A stretch of 64,000 nt of DNA from Candidatus Yanofskybacteria bacterium RIFCSPHIGHO2_01_FULL_44_24 (GCA_001794215.1 MGJK01000002.1:3310-67309); one strand, 5' to 3'. Positions 39,120 to 48,277 are shown, numbered from the stretch's first letter. A program made the numbers and translations. The notes: generated from the sequence alone by a model not told the origin.

Positions 39120-39841
39120 TAGCGGATCCCTTTTTGATATATGGCGTCGATAATCGGATCGCCGGGGAGAAGCACTTTATCTATCATCCCCGCTTCAAGG
39201 GCCTCTTCGGGTGCCATCAGCGTCTCGTTGTCGATGAAAGCCTTAACTAATTTGACCCTCTCTTTCTTATTTTTTAATAGATTCTTATCGTAACCCGCAA
39301 GATCCATTCTTTTAACCTGGAGCTCCGGTATTTTAGAATTGTCAGAAATCATTTCATAAATAGTCTGATTAAGCCGCGATTGGTATTTATGGACTTCTTC
39401 TATATCGTGTTCTCTTGCTCCGCCGGCGCCTCTTAGTCCGAAGTGGGTATGGGTTAATGTATTTTCAAGCGCATAGCGCCTTCTCGGAGTACCCATCATC
39501 AGGATTATTCCTCCCATACTCATGCTCTGGCACAGGTTTACTGTCCAGACCTCGATACCCTTTGCCTTAAGGTGATTCATGGCTTGGATGATTGTGAACC
39601 CGGCCTGAATATCGCCTCCCGGACTGTTGATGACGATTTTCACGGGGTCTTTGCTCTCTGTTCCCAAGATCATCAAAGATCCGTAAACTTCTTCGGCTAC
39701 GCTTGGAAAACTGCTTGGTGAAGAAATCTGCTGACTCGATATGATCTGGCTGAAGATCGGTATTGTTCGAGCTTCGCGAGCCAAGAATACCCAAGGATCA
39801 ACAAGGGTTACGGGTTTTTCGCTCCAGGGCTTAACAAGCAT
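39119..39841 (-). CDS. Divergent ClpP-family protease
   Basis: INSPGG, SMSMGG (catalytic Ser), THTH (His), MAPEEALEAGMIDKV; SD AAGGAG supports start 39841; TAATG overlap with the AAA gene. Confidence 0.88.
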   Translation of the reverse strand: MLVKPWSEKPVTLVDPWVFLAREARTIPIFSQIISSQQISSPSSFPSVAEEVYGSLMILGTESKDPVKIVINSPGGDIQAGFTIIQAMNHLKAKGIEVWTVNLCQSMSMGGIILMMGTPRRRYALENTLTHTHFGLRGAGGAREHDIEEVHKYQSRLNQTIYEMISDNSKIPELQVKRMDLAGYDKNLLKNKKERVKLVKAFIDNETLMAPEEALEAGMIDKVLLPGDPIIDAIYQKGIR

Positions 39842-39920
39842 GACTCGTCTCCTTTCGATAATGTAAAAGATCGGAATACCAAGCATAATTTCATATAATT
39901 TATTAAGGGTCAATAGGTGT

Positions 39921-40886
39921 TTAGGCAATAGTAAGAATGAATTTCGACAGAGAGTCCTCTAAGTTGACGGTTCCCTGCTTAGACCGGGTATCCATCTCCA
40001 AAAGTTTGCCATAAATTTTGACTAATTCCTGCGTATCGAATTTGGATATATTTTTCTTTATTTTGTTGGCTACATAGGGGTGTACGCCGGATTTTGATAT
40101 TAGGCTGTTAAGGGGAACATTTCTGGAGGCGATGTCTTTGACGGTGATTATATTTCTGAACTGGTATACAATCATCGACAAAATGTAGTAGGGGTCTCGC
40201 CCGGTCCATAGTTCTTTGTAAAGAAGTCCAAGGGCAAGGACTTTGTCTCTGGCCGCTATGGCATCGATCAGATCAAAGATGTTCATGTCAATCTTGGGAA
40301 CAATCAGGTTCGTTACGTCTTTTTCCCCGACCTCTTCTTGCTTTGTGTAATTAGCCAATTTTTCCACCTCATTCATCAGTTGCCAGCTGTCGTTACCGGT
40401 CAGCTCTATCAGTTTGTTCTTCCCTTCGGGGCTGATATGCTTGCCCCTTGTCTGAAATTCGTTCTCGATCCAGTCATGCAATTTTGAACCGGTCAGCGGT
40501 TCGAATGATTTGACCGTATTCTCCTTATTTAAAAGAAGGTCGAATAATTTACTGTTTTTTTCCGATAAATCTTTGCCGGACATGTTTTCTGAAATTAACA
40601 AAACTATATCCTTAGAATCGGCGATTTCATGTTTTCTCAAGATTCCTAATAATTCGGCCGACAGGTTTTTATTGGCAAAAAACCCTGATCCGGTTATAAG
40701 TTTCAGCTCGTTGAAGAAAGAGACGCTTTTGAGGGCATCCTCGAGAACGCTTGTATTTTCTTTATCTGAAAAGTCAAAATTAAAAATATTCAGACCGCTC
40801 TGGTATTTTTTTCTGTAACTGTCCTCCACTCTATCCCTATTCTGTTTTAGCCGGTACCCGTCGGAACCGTATAGGAAAATGATCAA
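39921..40886 (-). CDS. holA: DNA polymerase III delta subunit
   Basis: IIFLYGSD.Y, NEVEKLANY, NIFDLIDAI, VHPYVA. Confidence 0.9.
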   Translation of the reverse strand: MIIFLYGSDGYRLKQNRDRVEDSYRKKYQSGLNIFNFDFSDKENTSVLEDALKSVSFFNELKLITGSGFFANKNLSAELLGILRKHEIADSKDIVLLISENMSGKDLSEKNSKLFDLLLNKENTVKSFEPLTGSKLHDWIENEFQTRGKHISPEGKNKLIELTGNDSWQLMNEVEKLANYTKQEEVGEKDVTNLIVPKIDMNIFDLIDAIAARDKVLALGLLYKELWTGRDPYYILSMIVYQFRNIITVKDIASRNVPLNSLISKSGVHPYVANKIKKNISKFDTQELVKIYGKLLEMDTRSKQGTVNLEDSLSKFILTIA

Positions 40887-40890
40887 CCGG

Positions 40891-40918
40891 AATTTCTAAT
40901 TTCTAATTTCTAATTTCT
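40891..40918. repeat. Heptamer tandem repeat (AATTTCT)4
   Basis: Directly visible in the holA leader. Confidence 0.9.
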
Positions 40919-40973
40919 AAACAAATTACTCACCTCCCTCTTTAGACCCATTAGATTAATTAGATCAATTAGG

Positions 40974-41996
40974 TCAATTTTCTGTAGTTATTTCTATCCA
41001 TTTTTTGCCGGGCAGGAATTCTATTTCCCGTCCGTCCCCGTCGTAAAAGTAAAGCTTGCCGGTTAAATCTTTGGAATTCTTTTGCCATCTTCCCGTCATG
41101 AGAATTCCATTCTGGTATATTTTCGCCACCCCTTCTCCGGCAACATCAACCGATATGTATAGTTCATTAATTACCCTTGACTTTGTTTCCAGAACAATAA
41201 TGGTCCGGGCCTCTATCGGTTTTCCTGAAAGCCTGTCAATTTCGGGGATATTTTTCCTGGTCCTTGCGTAGGTATTCGTATCCTTATTATACACCCATTT
41301 AACATTGAACGGCGGCCGGTAAAGATTTATTTCAGAGACAATATTTGAAAGGCTTCTCTCGCGCCGGTTTTTATCCGAGTGGATGTAGCCGGTAAATTCA
41401 TTTTGAAGATCGTAGCCAAGATTTTCGGACTTCTCTATGATGCTGAGGAGATTCGCAAATCCGTTATGAGGAGCTTTTACGCCCTTTTTTCTATAAAACA
41501 CCGTTCCCTCGTATTTCAACGCATCCACATTGTCTATTATTCCGCCATCAAGTCTGACGAGCGCTTCGCGTTCGCCTCCCCAATGAGCCAGTATAGCCCC
41601 CACTCCGGCGGCTAAGGGTATGAACTCATTTCGGGCCGATCTTATCGAACCTATTTCTGTCGGGCTTTTGCACTGAAAAACGGCCATCATCCGGGTTATT
41701 CCATTTGGAGCCACCGGCATTTCAAAAACCAGGTCAGCCTCTCCTATACCGGATAAAGGCTGGGCTATCAGGTCGCCGGCCATCATTACGGCTACCGGGC
41801 GCTTAGATCGGTTCGGACATTCTAAGCCTGATAAGTTTGAAATTTCTTTTTGCAAGCCGAGAAAGCCGGAAGATGCCGTTGGAAAATCATTGGATATTTC
41901 AAATTTGGTATTCCACCATATAAAAAATGCCCCGACTAAAACGGCTATCATGACTCCCGCTATTATCAGAATTTTATTTATGTTTGATTCGGGCAT
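40974..41996 (-). CDS. DUF3048 family membrane-anchored protein
   Basis: RPVAVM, GIGEADLVFE, GITRMMA, IGSIRSAR, APHN. Confidence 0.85.
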   Translation of the reverse strand: MPESNINKILIIAGVMIAVLVGAFFIWWNTKFEISNDFPTASSGFLGLQKEISNLSGLECPNRSKRPVAVMMAGDLIAQPLSGIGEADLVFEMPVAPNGITRMMAVFQCKSPTEIGSIRSARNEFIPLAAGVGAILAHWGGEREALVRLDGGIIDNVDALKYEGTVFYRKKGVKAPHNGFANLLSIIEKSENLGYDLQNEFTGYIHSDKNRRERSLSNIVSEINLYRPPFNVKWVYNKDTNTYARTRKNIPEIDRLSGKPIEARTIIVLETKSRVINELYISVDVAGEGVAKIYQNGILMTGRWQKNSKDLTGKLYFYDGDGREIEFLPGKKWIEITTEN

Positions 41997-41998
41997 GA

Positions 41999-42964
41999 TT
42001 ATTTTAATTTTTGATGCTTGGGGCAGAAGTGTGCCGAACGTCCTCCGACTCTGATCCTCTTTATGGTTCCTCCGTCATTTTTCCCGCATTTTTTACCGGT
42101 TTGCTGATAGGCGCATTGCACTTCTTGATAACCGCCTTTTTCTCCCGAGGGCAGGCGGTAATCATCCATACTGTCACCCTTGTAATTTATCGCCTTTCGG
42201 AGGATTTTAACAGTCGATTTGCGTATTTTTTCGATGTCTCGGGGCTTTAAATTTTCAACGCGGCTGAGCGGATGGCACCCAGAGTCCCAAAGTATTTCAT
42301 CGCTATAAATATTGCCTATGCCGGCGATGAATTTCGGGTCCATCAATACCGGCTTTAGGCGTCCTCTTTTTGAAATGAATAAAGACAGGAATTTTTTAGC
42401 GTCTATTTCAAGGGGTTCCGGCCCCAGTTCTTTTATTTCTTTAAGATTCGGCAGATCGGCGTCTTTAACCAGCATAACCTTGCTGAATCTTCTCAGGTCA
42501 GACATAGCCATCTGGCCGCCGTTTCCGAAGGTCCATAGGTAGCGGATGTATTGATTTTCTCGGTCTTTCTTAAGGGGTCCGGAAATTGCCGAGATCCATC
42601 TTCGTTTTGAATTGTGCATTTTGCCCGCCCGCCGAAGCCTTGGCGAAGGAGGGAATCTTGAATTTGTTTCGAGTTTGGGATTTAGGATTTCGGATTTCAT
42701 TTTCCAGCGCCCGTACATCAGGTGGCCGGATATTTTTTGGTGGATAAATATGGTCTTATCCCCTTCTATGTCTATGACGATATATTTCGCTCTTCGATTG
42801 ATGCTTAATACCTTCTTATTTCTTATTTCTTTAAGAAAAGCTCTAGATCCGCCGGCCTGTTTCAGGGGTTTTTCTCTGTCAGTCCAAAAATCGGTTATTT
42901 TCAAACCGACTATCTTCTTACGCAGTTCTCTGACTATTGTTTCAACTTCGGGCAATTCCGGCAT
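41999..42964 (-). CDS. mutM: Formamidopyrimidine-DNA glycosylase with repeat-derived insertion
   Basis: MPELPEVET, RRAKYI, AGIGNIYSDEIL, C-terminal zinc-finger-like FCPKHQ. Confidence 0.95.
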   Translation of the reverse strand: MPELPEVETIVRELRKKIVGLKITDFWTDREKPLKQAGGSRAFLKEIRNKKVLSINRRAKYIVIDIEGDKTIFIHQKISGHLMYGRWKMKSEILNPKLETNSRFPPSPRLRRAGKMHNSKRRWISAISGPLKKDRENQYIRYLWTFGNGGQMAMSDLRRFSKVMLVKDADLPNLKEIKELGPEPLEIDAKKFLSLFISKRGRLKPVLMDPKFIAGIGNIYSDEILWDSGCHPLSRVENLKPRDIEKIRKSTVKILRKAINYKGDSMDDYRLPSGEKGGYQEVQCAYQQTGKKCGKNDGGTIKRIRVGGRSAHFCPKHQKLK

Positions 42965-43000
42965 AGGTATTTGTCCTCCATCATATCCGACGGCCGTTAA

Positions 43001-43254
43001 AATGATTCTCCCCGGCTACCCGCCTCGCTCGCCTTGGCGTAGCCACGCTACAGCGAAGCCAGGCCGAAGACGTCGAGTCGAGGTAAGCAGGCCCGGGGTA
43101 TCCTATCGGATACCATGAGTCGCATAGCCATTCGGCTATATTTGATTGCGACTCGGAGATACTGTTAGCCCCTCCGTCCCGTTAAGGCGGGACTACGGGC
43201 TTAGCTTCATCCGCGGGCTTACGCCCGCGGTATTCGCCTAAGGGCTAATAAAAA
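43001..43254. mobile_element. Non-autonomous IS200/IS605-like palindromic element
   Basis: Ends AATGATTCTCCCCGGC and CCGCGGTATTCGC..GGGCTAATAAAAA are shared with 52524-52576; many hairpins; no transposase. Confidence 0.55.
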
Positions 43255-43283
43255 TCCGGTAATATTACCGGAACTTCAGAGCT

Positions 43284-43565
43284 TCAATGAATGGTAGGAG
43301 GTTCTAACTTAACTACGTCAATTTCGATTAGCGGCTTTGGAACAATTACCAAGCCTTGTTTGCCGAATTCCTCTATTATTTCCGAGAGTTCCTGCTTTTC
43401 TTCTGCGGTAGCGCCGTCAAGAATTATTTCCCAGGCGTTTCGATAAGCATTGTCCATCTTTTTCAGCAGGATTCTATGGATGATATCCCAGAAACGTTCG
43501 AAATCTTCCCGCTCCTCTGTCGTGAGGCTGTCGGGGTCTACTTTGCGCGTCGGTCCTAAAATCAT
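43284..43565 (-). CDS. Acidic hypothetical protein
   Basis: ORF immediately downstream of polA with a GAGG SD. Confidence 0.65.
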   Translation of the reverse strand: MILGPTRKVDPDSLTTEEREDFERFWDIIHRILLKKMDNAYRNAWEIILDGATAEEKQELSEIIEEFGKQGLVIVPKPLIEIDVVKLEPPTIH

Positions 43566-43575
43566 TGCTAAGCCT

Positions 43576-46308
43576 CTATAAAGGAGCCATGTCTACCCAA
43601 TTATACCCGCATTTTAGGTCGACCGTCAATGGCACGTTCAGCTTATATATGTTCTCCATAATATTTTTTATTTTGAATCCGGCTTTTTCGGCTAAATTAT
43701 CTTTGATTTCAAATAAAAGTTCGTCGTGGATTTGAAGGAGCATCTTAACGTCTCCCGGCTGATAGTCGGAGTTGATAAGCTTTTCTATTTTTATCATGGC
43801 TAACTTAAGAAGATCGGCTTCGGTGCCCTGGACGGGCATATTGATCGCCATGCGCTCGGCCTGGCTCATTAGCTGGGGAATTCCCGATCTGATCTCCGGC
43901 AAATACCTTTTACGTCCGAATATCGTTTCCACGTAGCCGTCTTTTCTTGCTTTAGTTCTCATCGATTCCATATATTGAGCTACGCCGTCGAATTCGGTCA
44001 TATACCGGTCTATAAATTCTCGAGCCCTGTCCTTTGAGACTCCCGAAGCTCGCTGGAAACCGGTTATTCCCATTCCATAAAGTAGGCCGAAATTCATGGC
44101 TTTCGCCTCCCGGCGCATACTTGGGGTTACTTTATCCGGGTCAACTTCAAAAATCTCCGCTGCTGTCCGGGTATGTATGTCCTCTCCTCTCTTAAACGCC
44201 GCCGTCATTTTTTTATCTCCGGAAATATGAGCGGCGATTCGGAGTTCAAGCTGTGAATAATCCAAAGAAACGAGCTTGTATTTCGGCGAAGCGATAAAGG
44301 ACCGGCGGAACTCCTGTCCCAATTCTGTTTTAACGGGTATATTTTGAAGATTCGGATCCTGACTCGACAAACGGCCGGTAACTGTCCCCGTCTGGTTCAG
44401 GGTGGTATGAATCCTTTCAGTCTTGGGATCGATAAGTTCCGGAAAAGGATCTATGTATGTAGTTTTCAGTTTTTGAAGCTCTCGGTATTTTAGGATTAGA
44501 TCTATTATTGGATGCTGTTCAGAAAGCTTCTCGAGTTCGCCGGCCGCCGTTGATAAAGCTCCTCCGGCAGTTTTCCTTATCTTCCCGCTCATCTTAAGCT
44601 TTTCAAATATTATTTCTTTCAGCTGTTGGGGGGAGTTGATGTTAAATTTCGTGCCAGCGTATCTATATATTTTACTCTCTAATTTTGAAAGTTCTTTATT
44701 TGTCGATTGGGACAGCTTTTTAAGCATTTTTACATCTATTCTTATCCCGAAAAGCTCCATCTCGGCCAATATGGATACCAGGGGCATTTCTATAGTTTCA
44801 AACACCTCGACGAGACTCTCGGCCTTCATTTTTTCCTCGAAAACCTTTTTCAGTCGCCAGATAGCCGATATTCGGTTTGATCTATCCGGTCTTAGATCTT
44901 CGTTGAATTGATTCAGATAGACTAAGCCCAGGTCATAATCTTTTCGATCCGGTTTTAAGAGGTAGGCGGCTATTTTGGTATCAAAAAATAACCCTTTTGC
45001 GCTAACCCCTATCTTTAAAAATTTTTTGATGGGAAGCTTGAGGTCGTGCCCTACTTTAGCCGTTGAAGGATTTTCTATCAGGGAGCTAAAAGTCTGGCGG
45101 AGTTTTAAGACCTCAGATCCGGTTCCAGTCAGGTTATTTAAATCAAAGCCAAAACACTCCTTATTTTCCCCTCCAAAAATGAAATAATCATCCTGGATAT
45201 CAAGCGCAAATTCTTTCAATCCCCCCATTGAGACAAGGGCGTTTTTGATATCTTCTTTCTTGGAGCAGTGCCGGAAAGAGGAACTTTCCGTTTCTGGCGG
45301 GGCGATCAGCGAGGCTTGGTAGGTTTCTTCTTGGCCGATAACGCCGGATTCCCCGAGGCGCTTGATAAGACTGAAAAATCCCAATTCCTTGAATAATTTC
45401 TCTATCCCTTGGTAGTCTAAATTGGCTTTCCAGTCTGTTTTTTCGAGGCTGAAATCAATTTCGACATTACGGATAATTGTCGCTAATTTTTTTGAAAAAA
45501 ACGCCTGGTCTTTATTTTCTTGGAGCTTTTGTATCAGTTTTTCCGATAAAGGTTTTATTATGCCCTCTCTTTGTTTTTTGGAAATTGGAAATTGGAAATT
45601 GGAAATTGCCTTATACAAACCCTCAATATTCCCAAAAGTTTGTATAAGGGCGGAGGCGGTCTTCTCCCCTATCCCCGGTACCCCCGGTATGTTATCGGAA
45701 GGATCGCCCTTAAGGCCCTTGTAATCCGTGACTTGGTCGGGATTCAGTCCGTATCTTTCCCTAACCCCCTTTTCGTCGTAAATGATTGTATCGGTCAGGC
45801 CTTTGCGTAAAGTGAAAACGACAACTCGGTCCTTATCAACTAATTGAAGAGTATCCAGGTCGCCGGTTACGATAATGACCTGAAGTCCGCCGGCCGGAGG
45901 GGTCTTTTTGGCTACCTCGGCCAAAGTGCCTATCAAGTCGTCAGCTTCAAAGCCCGGTTTCTCATAGATCGGTATGCCGAATTTTTCCAAGATGTTCTTG
46001 GTCATCGGTATCTGATTGTAGAGTTCGTCCGGAGCTTTTTCCCTGTGGGCTTTGTATTCTTCGAATTCTTCATGACGAAAAGTGGGTCCGGCCAAGTCAT
46101 AGGTTGCGGCTATATAATCGGGCTTGAGATCTTTCAGCATTTTCAGAAGAACAGAAGTAAAACCGTAAACAGCATTAGTTAAGACTCCTTTAGGCGAGGT
46201 AAGGCTTGGAGGAAGGGCGTGGAATGCCCTATGGACGAGGGCGTTTGAGTCTATTAGGATAAGCTTTTTCACTTCTTCGCTCCTTGATGAGCTTCGAAGT
46301 GCGGGCAT
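43576..46308 (-). CDS. polA: DNA polymerase I
   Basis: 5'-3' exonuclease (IDSNALVHRAFHA, EADD, GDPSDNIPGV); polymerase motifs DYSQLELR, KAMNFGLLYG, QIHDEL. Confidence 0.97.
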   Translation of the reverse strand: MPALRSSSRSEEVKKLILIDSNALVHRAFHALPPSLTSPKGVLTNAVYGFTSVLLKMLKDLKPDYIAATYDLAGPTFRHEEFEEYKAHREKAPDELYNQIPMTKNILEKFGIPIYEKPGFEADDLIGTLAEVAKKTPPAGGLQVIIVTGDLDTLQLVDKDRVVVFTLRKGLTDTIIYDEKGVRERYGLNPDQVTDYKGLKGDPSDNIPGVPGIGEKTASALIQTFGNIEGLYKAISNFQFPISKKQREGIIKPLSEKLIQKLQENKDQAFFSKKLATIIRNVEIDFSLEKTDWKANLDYQGIEKLFKELGFFSLIKRLGESGVIGQEETYQASLIAPPETESSSFRHCSKKEDIKNALVSMGGLKEFALDIQDDYFIFGGENKECFGFDLNNLTGTGSEVLKLRQTFSSLIENPSTAKVGHDLKLPIKKFLKIGVSAKGLFFDTKIAAYLLKPDRKDYDLGLVYLNQFNEDLRPDRSNRISAIWRLKKVFEEKMKAESLVEVFETIEMPLVSILAEMELFGIRIDVKMLKKLSQSTNKELSKLESKIYRYAGTKFNINSPQQLKEIIFEKLKMSGKIRKTAGGALSTAAGELEKLSEQHPIIDLILKYRELQKLKTTYIDPFPELIDPKTERIHTTLNQTGTVTGRLSSQDPNLQNIPVKTELGQEFRRSFIASPKYKLVSLDYSQLELRIAAHISGDKKMTAAFKRGEDIHTRTAAEIFEVDPDKVTPSMRREAKAMNFGLLYGMGITGFQRASGVSKDRAREFIDRYMTEFDGVAQYMESMRTKARKDGYVETIFGRKRYLPEIRSGIPQLMSQAERMAINMPVQGTEADLLKLAMIKIEKLINSDYQPGDVKMLLQIHDELLFEIKDNLAEKAGFKIKNIMENIYKLNVPLTVDLKCGYNWVDMAPL

Positions 46309-46395
46309 TTCTACTTGGAGCGCTCGTGCTGCGTAGCAATTGCTATTTCGCAGAGCAGTGAAGAAGTGCCCTTCCGAAGCTTTAGCGCAGGAGGG

Positions 46396-46842
46396 TTAAT
46401 AAAAATTAATCGATAATTTACGTTCGTTTTGGGAAATGTGGTCGATATGTATTTTGATAAGTTTTTTAGGAAGGATGGGTCTTATCCGGTCCGACCACTC
46501 TATGAGTATTATATTTTCGGGCGAGGCTAAAATGTCTTTTACGCCCAAGACAGCGAGATCCCTATGGTCTTTTAAGCGGTAGCAGTCAATATGGTATAAA
46601 ATTTTGAAATTCTTTGATTGGGGAATCTCATAATGTTTTATGAGAGAAAATGTCGGACTCTTTAGTTTCGTTCTTATTTTGAAGGCCCGAGCCAATCCCT
46701 GAACAAAGGTGGTTTTACCGGCGCCTAACTCCCCTTCCAGGGCAACTACTAACCCTTTTTTAGGATTTGGCCGATCAATTTTATTAAGTATTTTCTTGGC
46801 TAAATCTTTTGTTTCTTTGGCCCCTTTAGTTCTATAAATCAT
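46396..46842 (-). CDS. tsaE: tRNA threonylcarbamoyladenosine biosynthesis ATPase
   Basis: GELGAGKTTF, SPTF, YHIDCYRL, IEW; start moved out of the MITE. Confidence 0.95.
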   Translation of the reverse strand: MIYRTKGAKETKDLAKKILNKIDRPNPKKGLVVALEGELGAGKTTFVQGLARAFKIRTKLKSPTFSLIKHYEIPQSKNFKILYHIDCYRLKDHRDLAVLGVKDILASPENIILIEWSDRIRPILPKKLIKIHIDHISQNERKLSINFY

Positions 46843-46861
46843 AGCTAATCTTAACATATAT

Positions 46862-47068
46862 AAGGGACTGCTGCCGAATAGCATTTCTACTCCAACTTTC
46901 AGATTTCGGCTATGCCCTTGCAGAAATTGCTCGACAGATACACTGTATATGCCTCACAATTTCTGCTTCGGCTCGCTTCAAGGCGAAGGTTCACGGGAGG
47001 AACTTCCCGGGAATCGCCTCCGAAATCTGAAAGTTTCGCTGCGAAAGCCTATTCGGCAGCAGTCCCTT
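46862..47068. mobile_element. MITE-like element with 20-bp perfect terminal inverted repeats
   Basis: AAGGGACTGCTGCCGAATAG / CTATTCGGCAGCAGTCCCTT plus internal IR AACTTTCAGATTTCGG/CCGAAATCTGAAAGTT. Confidence 0.8.
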
Positions 47069-47137
47069 TAAGACACGAAAAAAGTCGTGTCCGCGACGGC
47101 CAAGCTGGAGCTTGGTTGCAGACACGACTTGCAGATC

Positions 47138-47956
47138 TCACCGAAACTCGAGAGTCGAGCCCCGGGGCACGTTGCGCGCCCACTTCCGCTCGACTTTACC
47201 CGCGCTGGTGAACACGGTGTAGACGGCGCGGTATCCTTCTTTCGGCAGGCCGACGCGGATCCCCTCGCCTGGAGCGATGACGATATCGGTGGCCGTTTGG
47301 CCATCGAACACCTCCATCGTTTCCGACTTCATGTTGACGAGGGTCAACGGTCCGTCACCGGTGATTTGGATATCGACCGGTGGCGTCTGATTCGCAGATG
47401 CAGATCTGGGTCCTATGGCGGGGCCGAACTGGTCGCGGTATCCGTATCCGGGCTGGCCCGAGTAGAACTCACAGGCTTCGTCGGGATTCGAATAGTACTT
47501 TGAATCCTGAAGAACCGCGATTGCCGCTCCTCCGGCCGCCCCATACGCTGCACCCTTCTTGCCGCCGAGGATGGCGCCGAGAACGGTCGTTCCGATGACG
47601 GTTCCGATCCCTCTCTCCACGCGTTGCGTTTTGGTCTTTAGTTCCCGACCGCACGCGTCGAGCATGGGGTTGAACTGCCGGCCGCTGTACCGGCCGTAAT
47701 ACCCTCCCTGCGGGTTCCAATCAAGGTACCCATAGTTCGGGAAAGAACGGCGGTATTGCTGATACTGTCGGTAGTCGTTGTACCCGCCGGGCATCGGCTG
47801 GGGCAGCGGATACCCGCCATATGACATTCCGGGGTTTTGACCCCAGACCATGCAGGTTCCTGACGTTGCCATGACGAGGCACTGGGCCTCAGCCTTGGCC
47901 GGCACGACGCCGATCAGGGCGATCGCGACAACGATTGCGAACACGATCTTCTTCAT
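47138..47956 (-). CDS. Secreted glycine-zipper protein (GC-rich gene)
   Basis: Signal peptide (AEA|Q), GTVIGTTVLGAILGGKKGAAYGAAGGAAI; strong SD GAGGAG. Confidence 0.8.
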   Translation of the reverse strand: MKKIVFAIVVAIALIGVVPAKAEAQCLVMATSGTCMVWGQNPGMSYGGYPLPQPMPGGYNDYRQYQQYRRSFPNYGYLDWNPQGGYYGRYSGRQFNPMLDACGRELKTKTQRVERGIGTVIGTTVLGAILGGKKGAAYGAAGGAAIAVLQDSKYYSNPDEACEFYSGQPGYGYRDQFGPAIGPRSASANQTPPVDIQITGDGPLTLVNMKSETMEVFDGQTATDIVIAPGEGIRVGLPKEGYRAVYTVFTSAGKVERKWARNVPRGSTLEFR

Positions 47957-48082
47957 CTTCTCTTCTCCTCGGCCATTTCTGGCCAGTTTTCAAGGGTCTT
48001 ACTCCTTGCTTATATTATATCAAATTTCAACCTATTTGTAAAGGGCTAAAAATGAGCCAAAATAGCTGTTTACAAAGCACTA

Positions 48083-48098
48083 TGTTCCGCGCGAAACT
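48083..48098. promoter_or_regulatory. parS-like site (variant)
   Basis: TGTTCCGCGCGAAACT. Confidence 0.55.
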
Positions 48099-48277
48099 AT
48101 CATAAAATTATGTCAATTGAGGGGCGGAGACCTTAGCATCTGAAGGGGGATTTCCCGGGCCGATTATTTAAACACTAAGCGAAGCCTTAACCCGATGAAC
48201 GGATTTATAAAAAACCAAGGCGAAGCCCCCTTGTCATTCTGAAGCATTTGAGACTTCCGAAACAACAGCCCAAGCGA

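Noticed and set aside
46912-47820. Overlapping ORFs 46912-47211, 47068-47304, 47087-47503, 47380-47598, 47469-47720, 47638-47820
   Set aside because: These are shadow frames of a GC-rich gene and a MITE, with no recognisable motifs.
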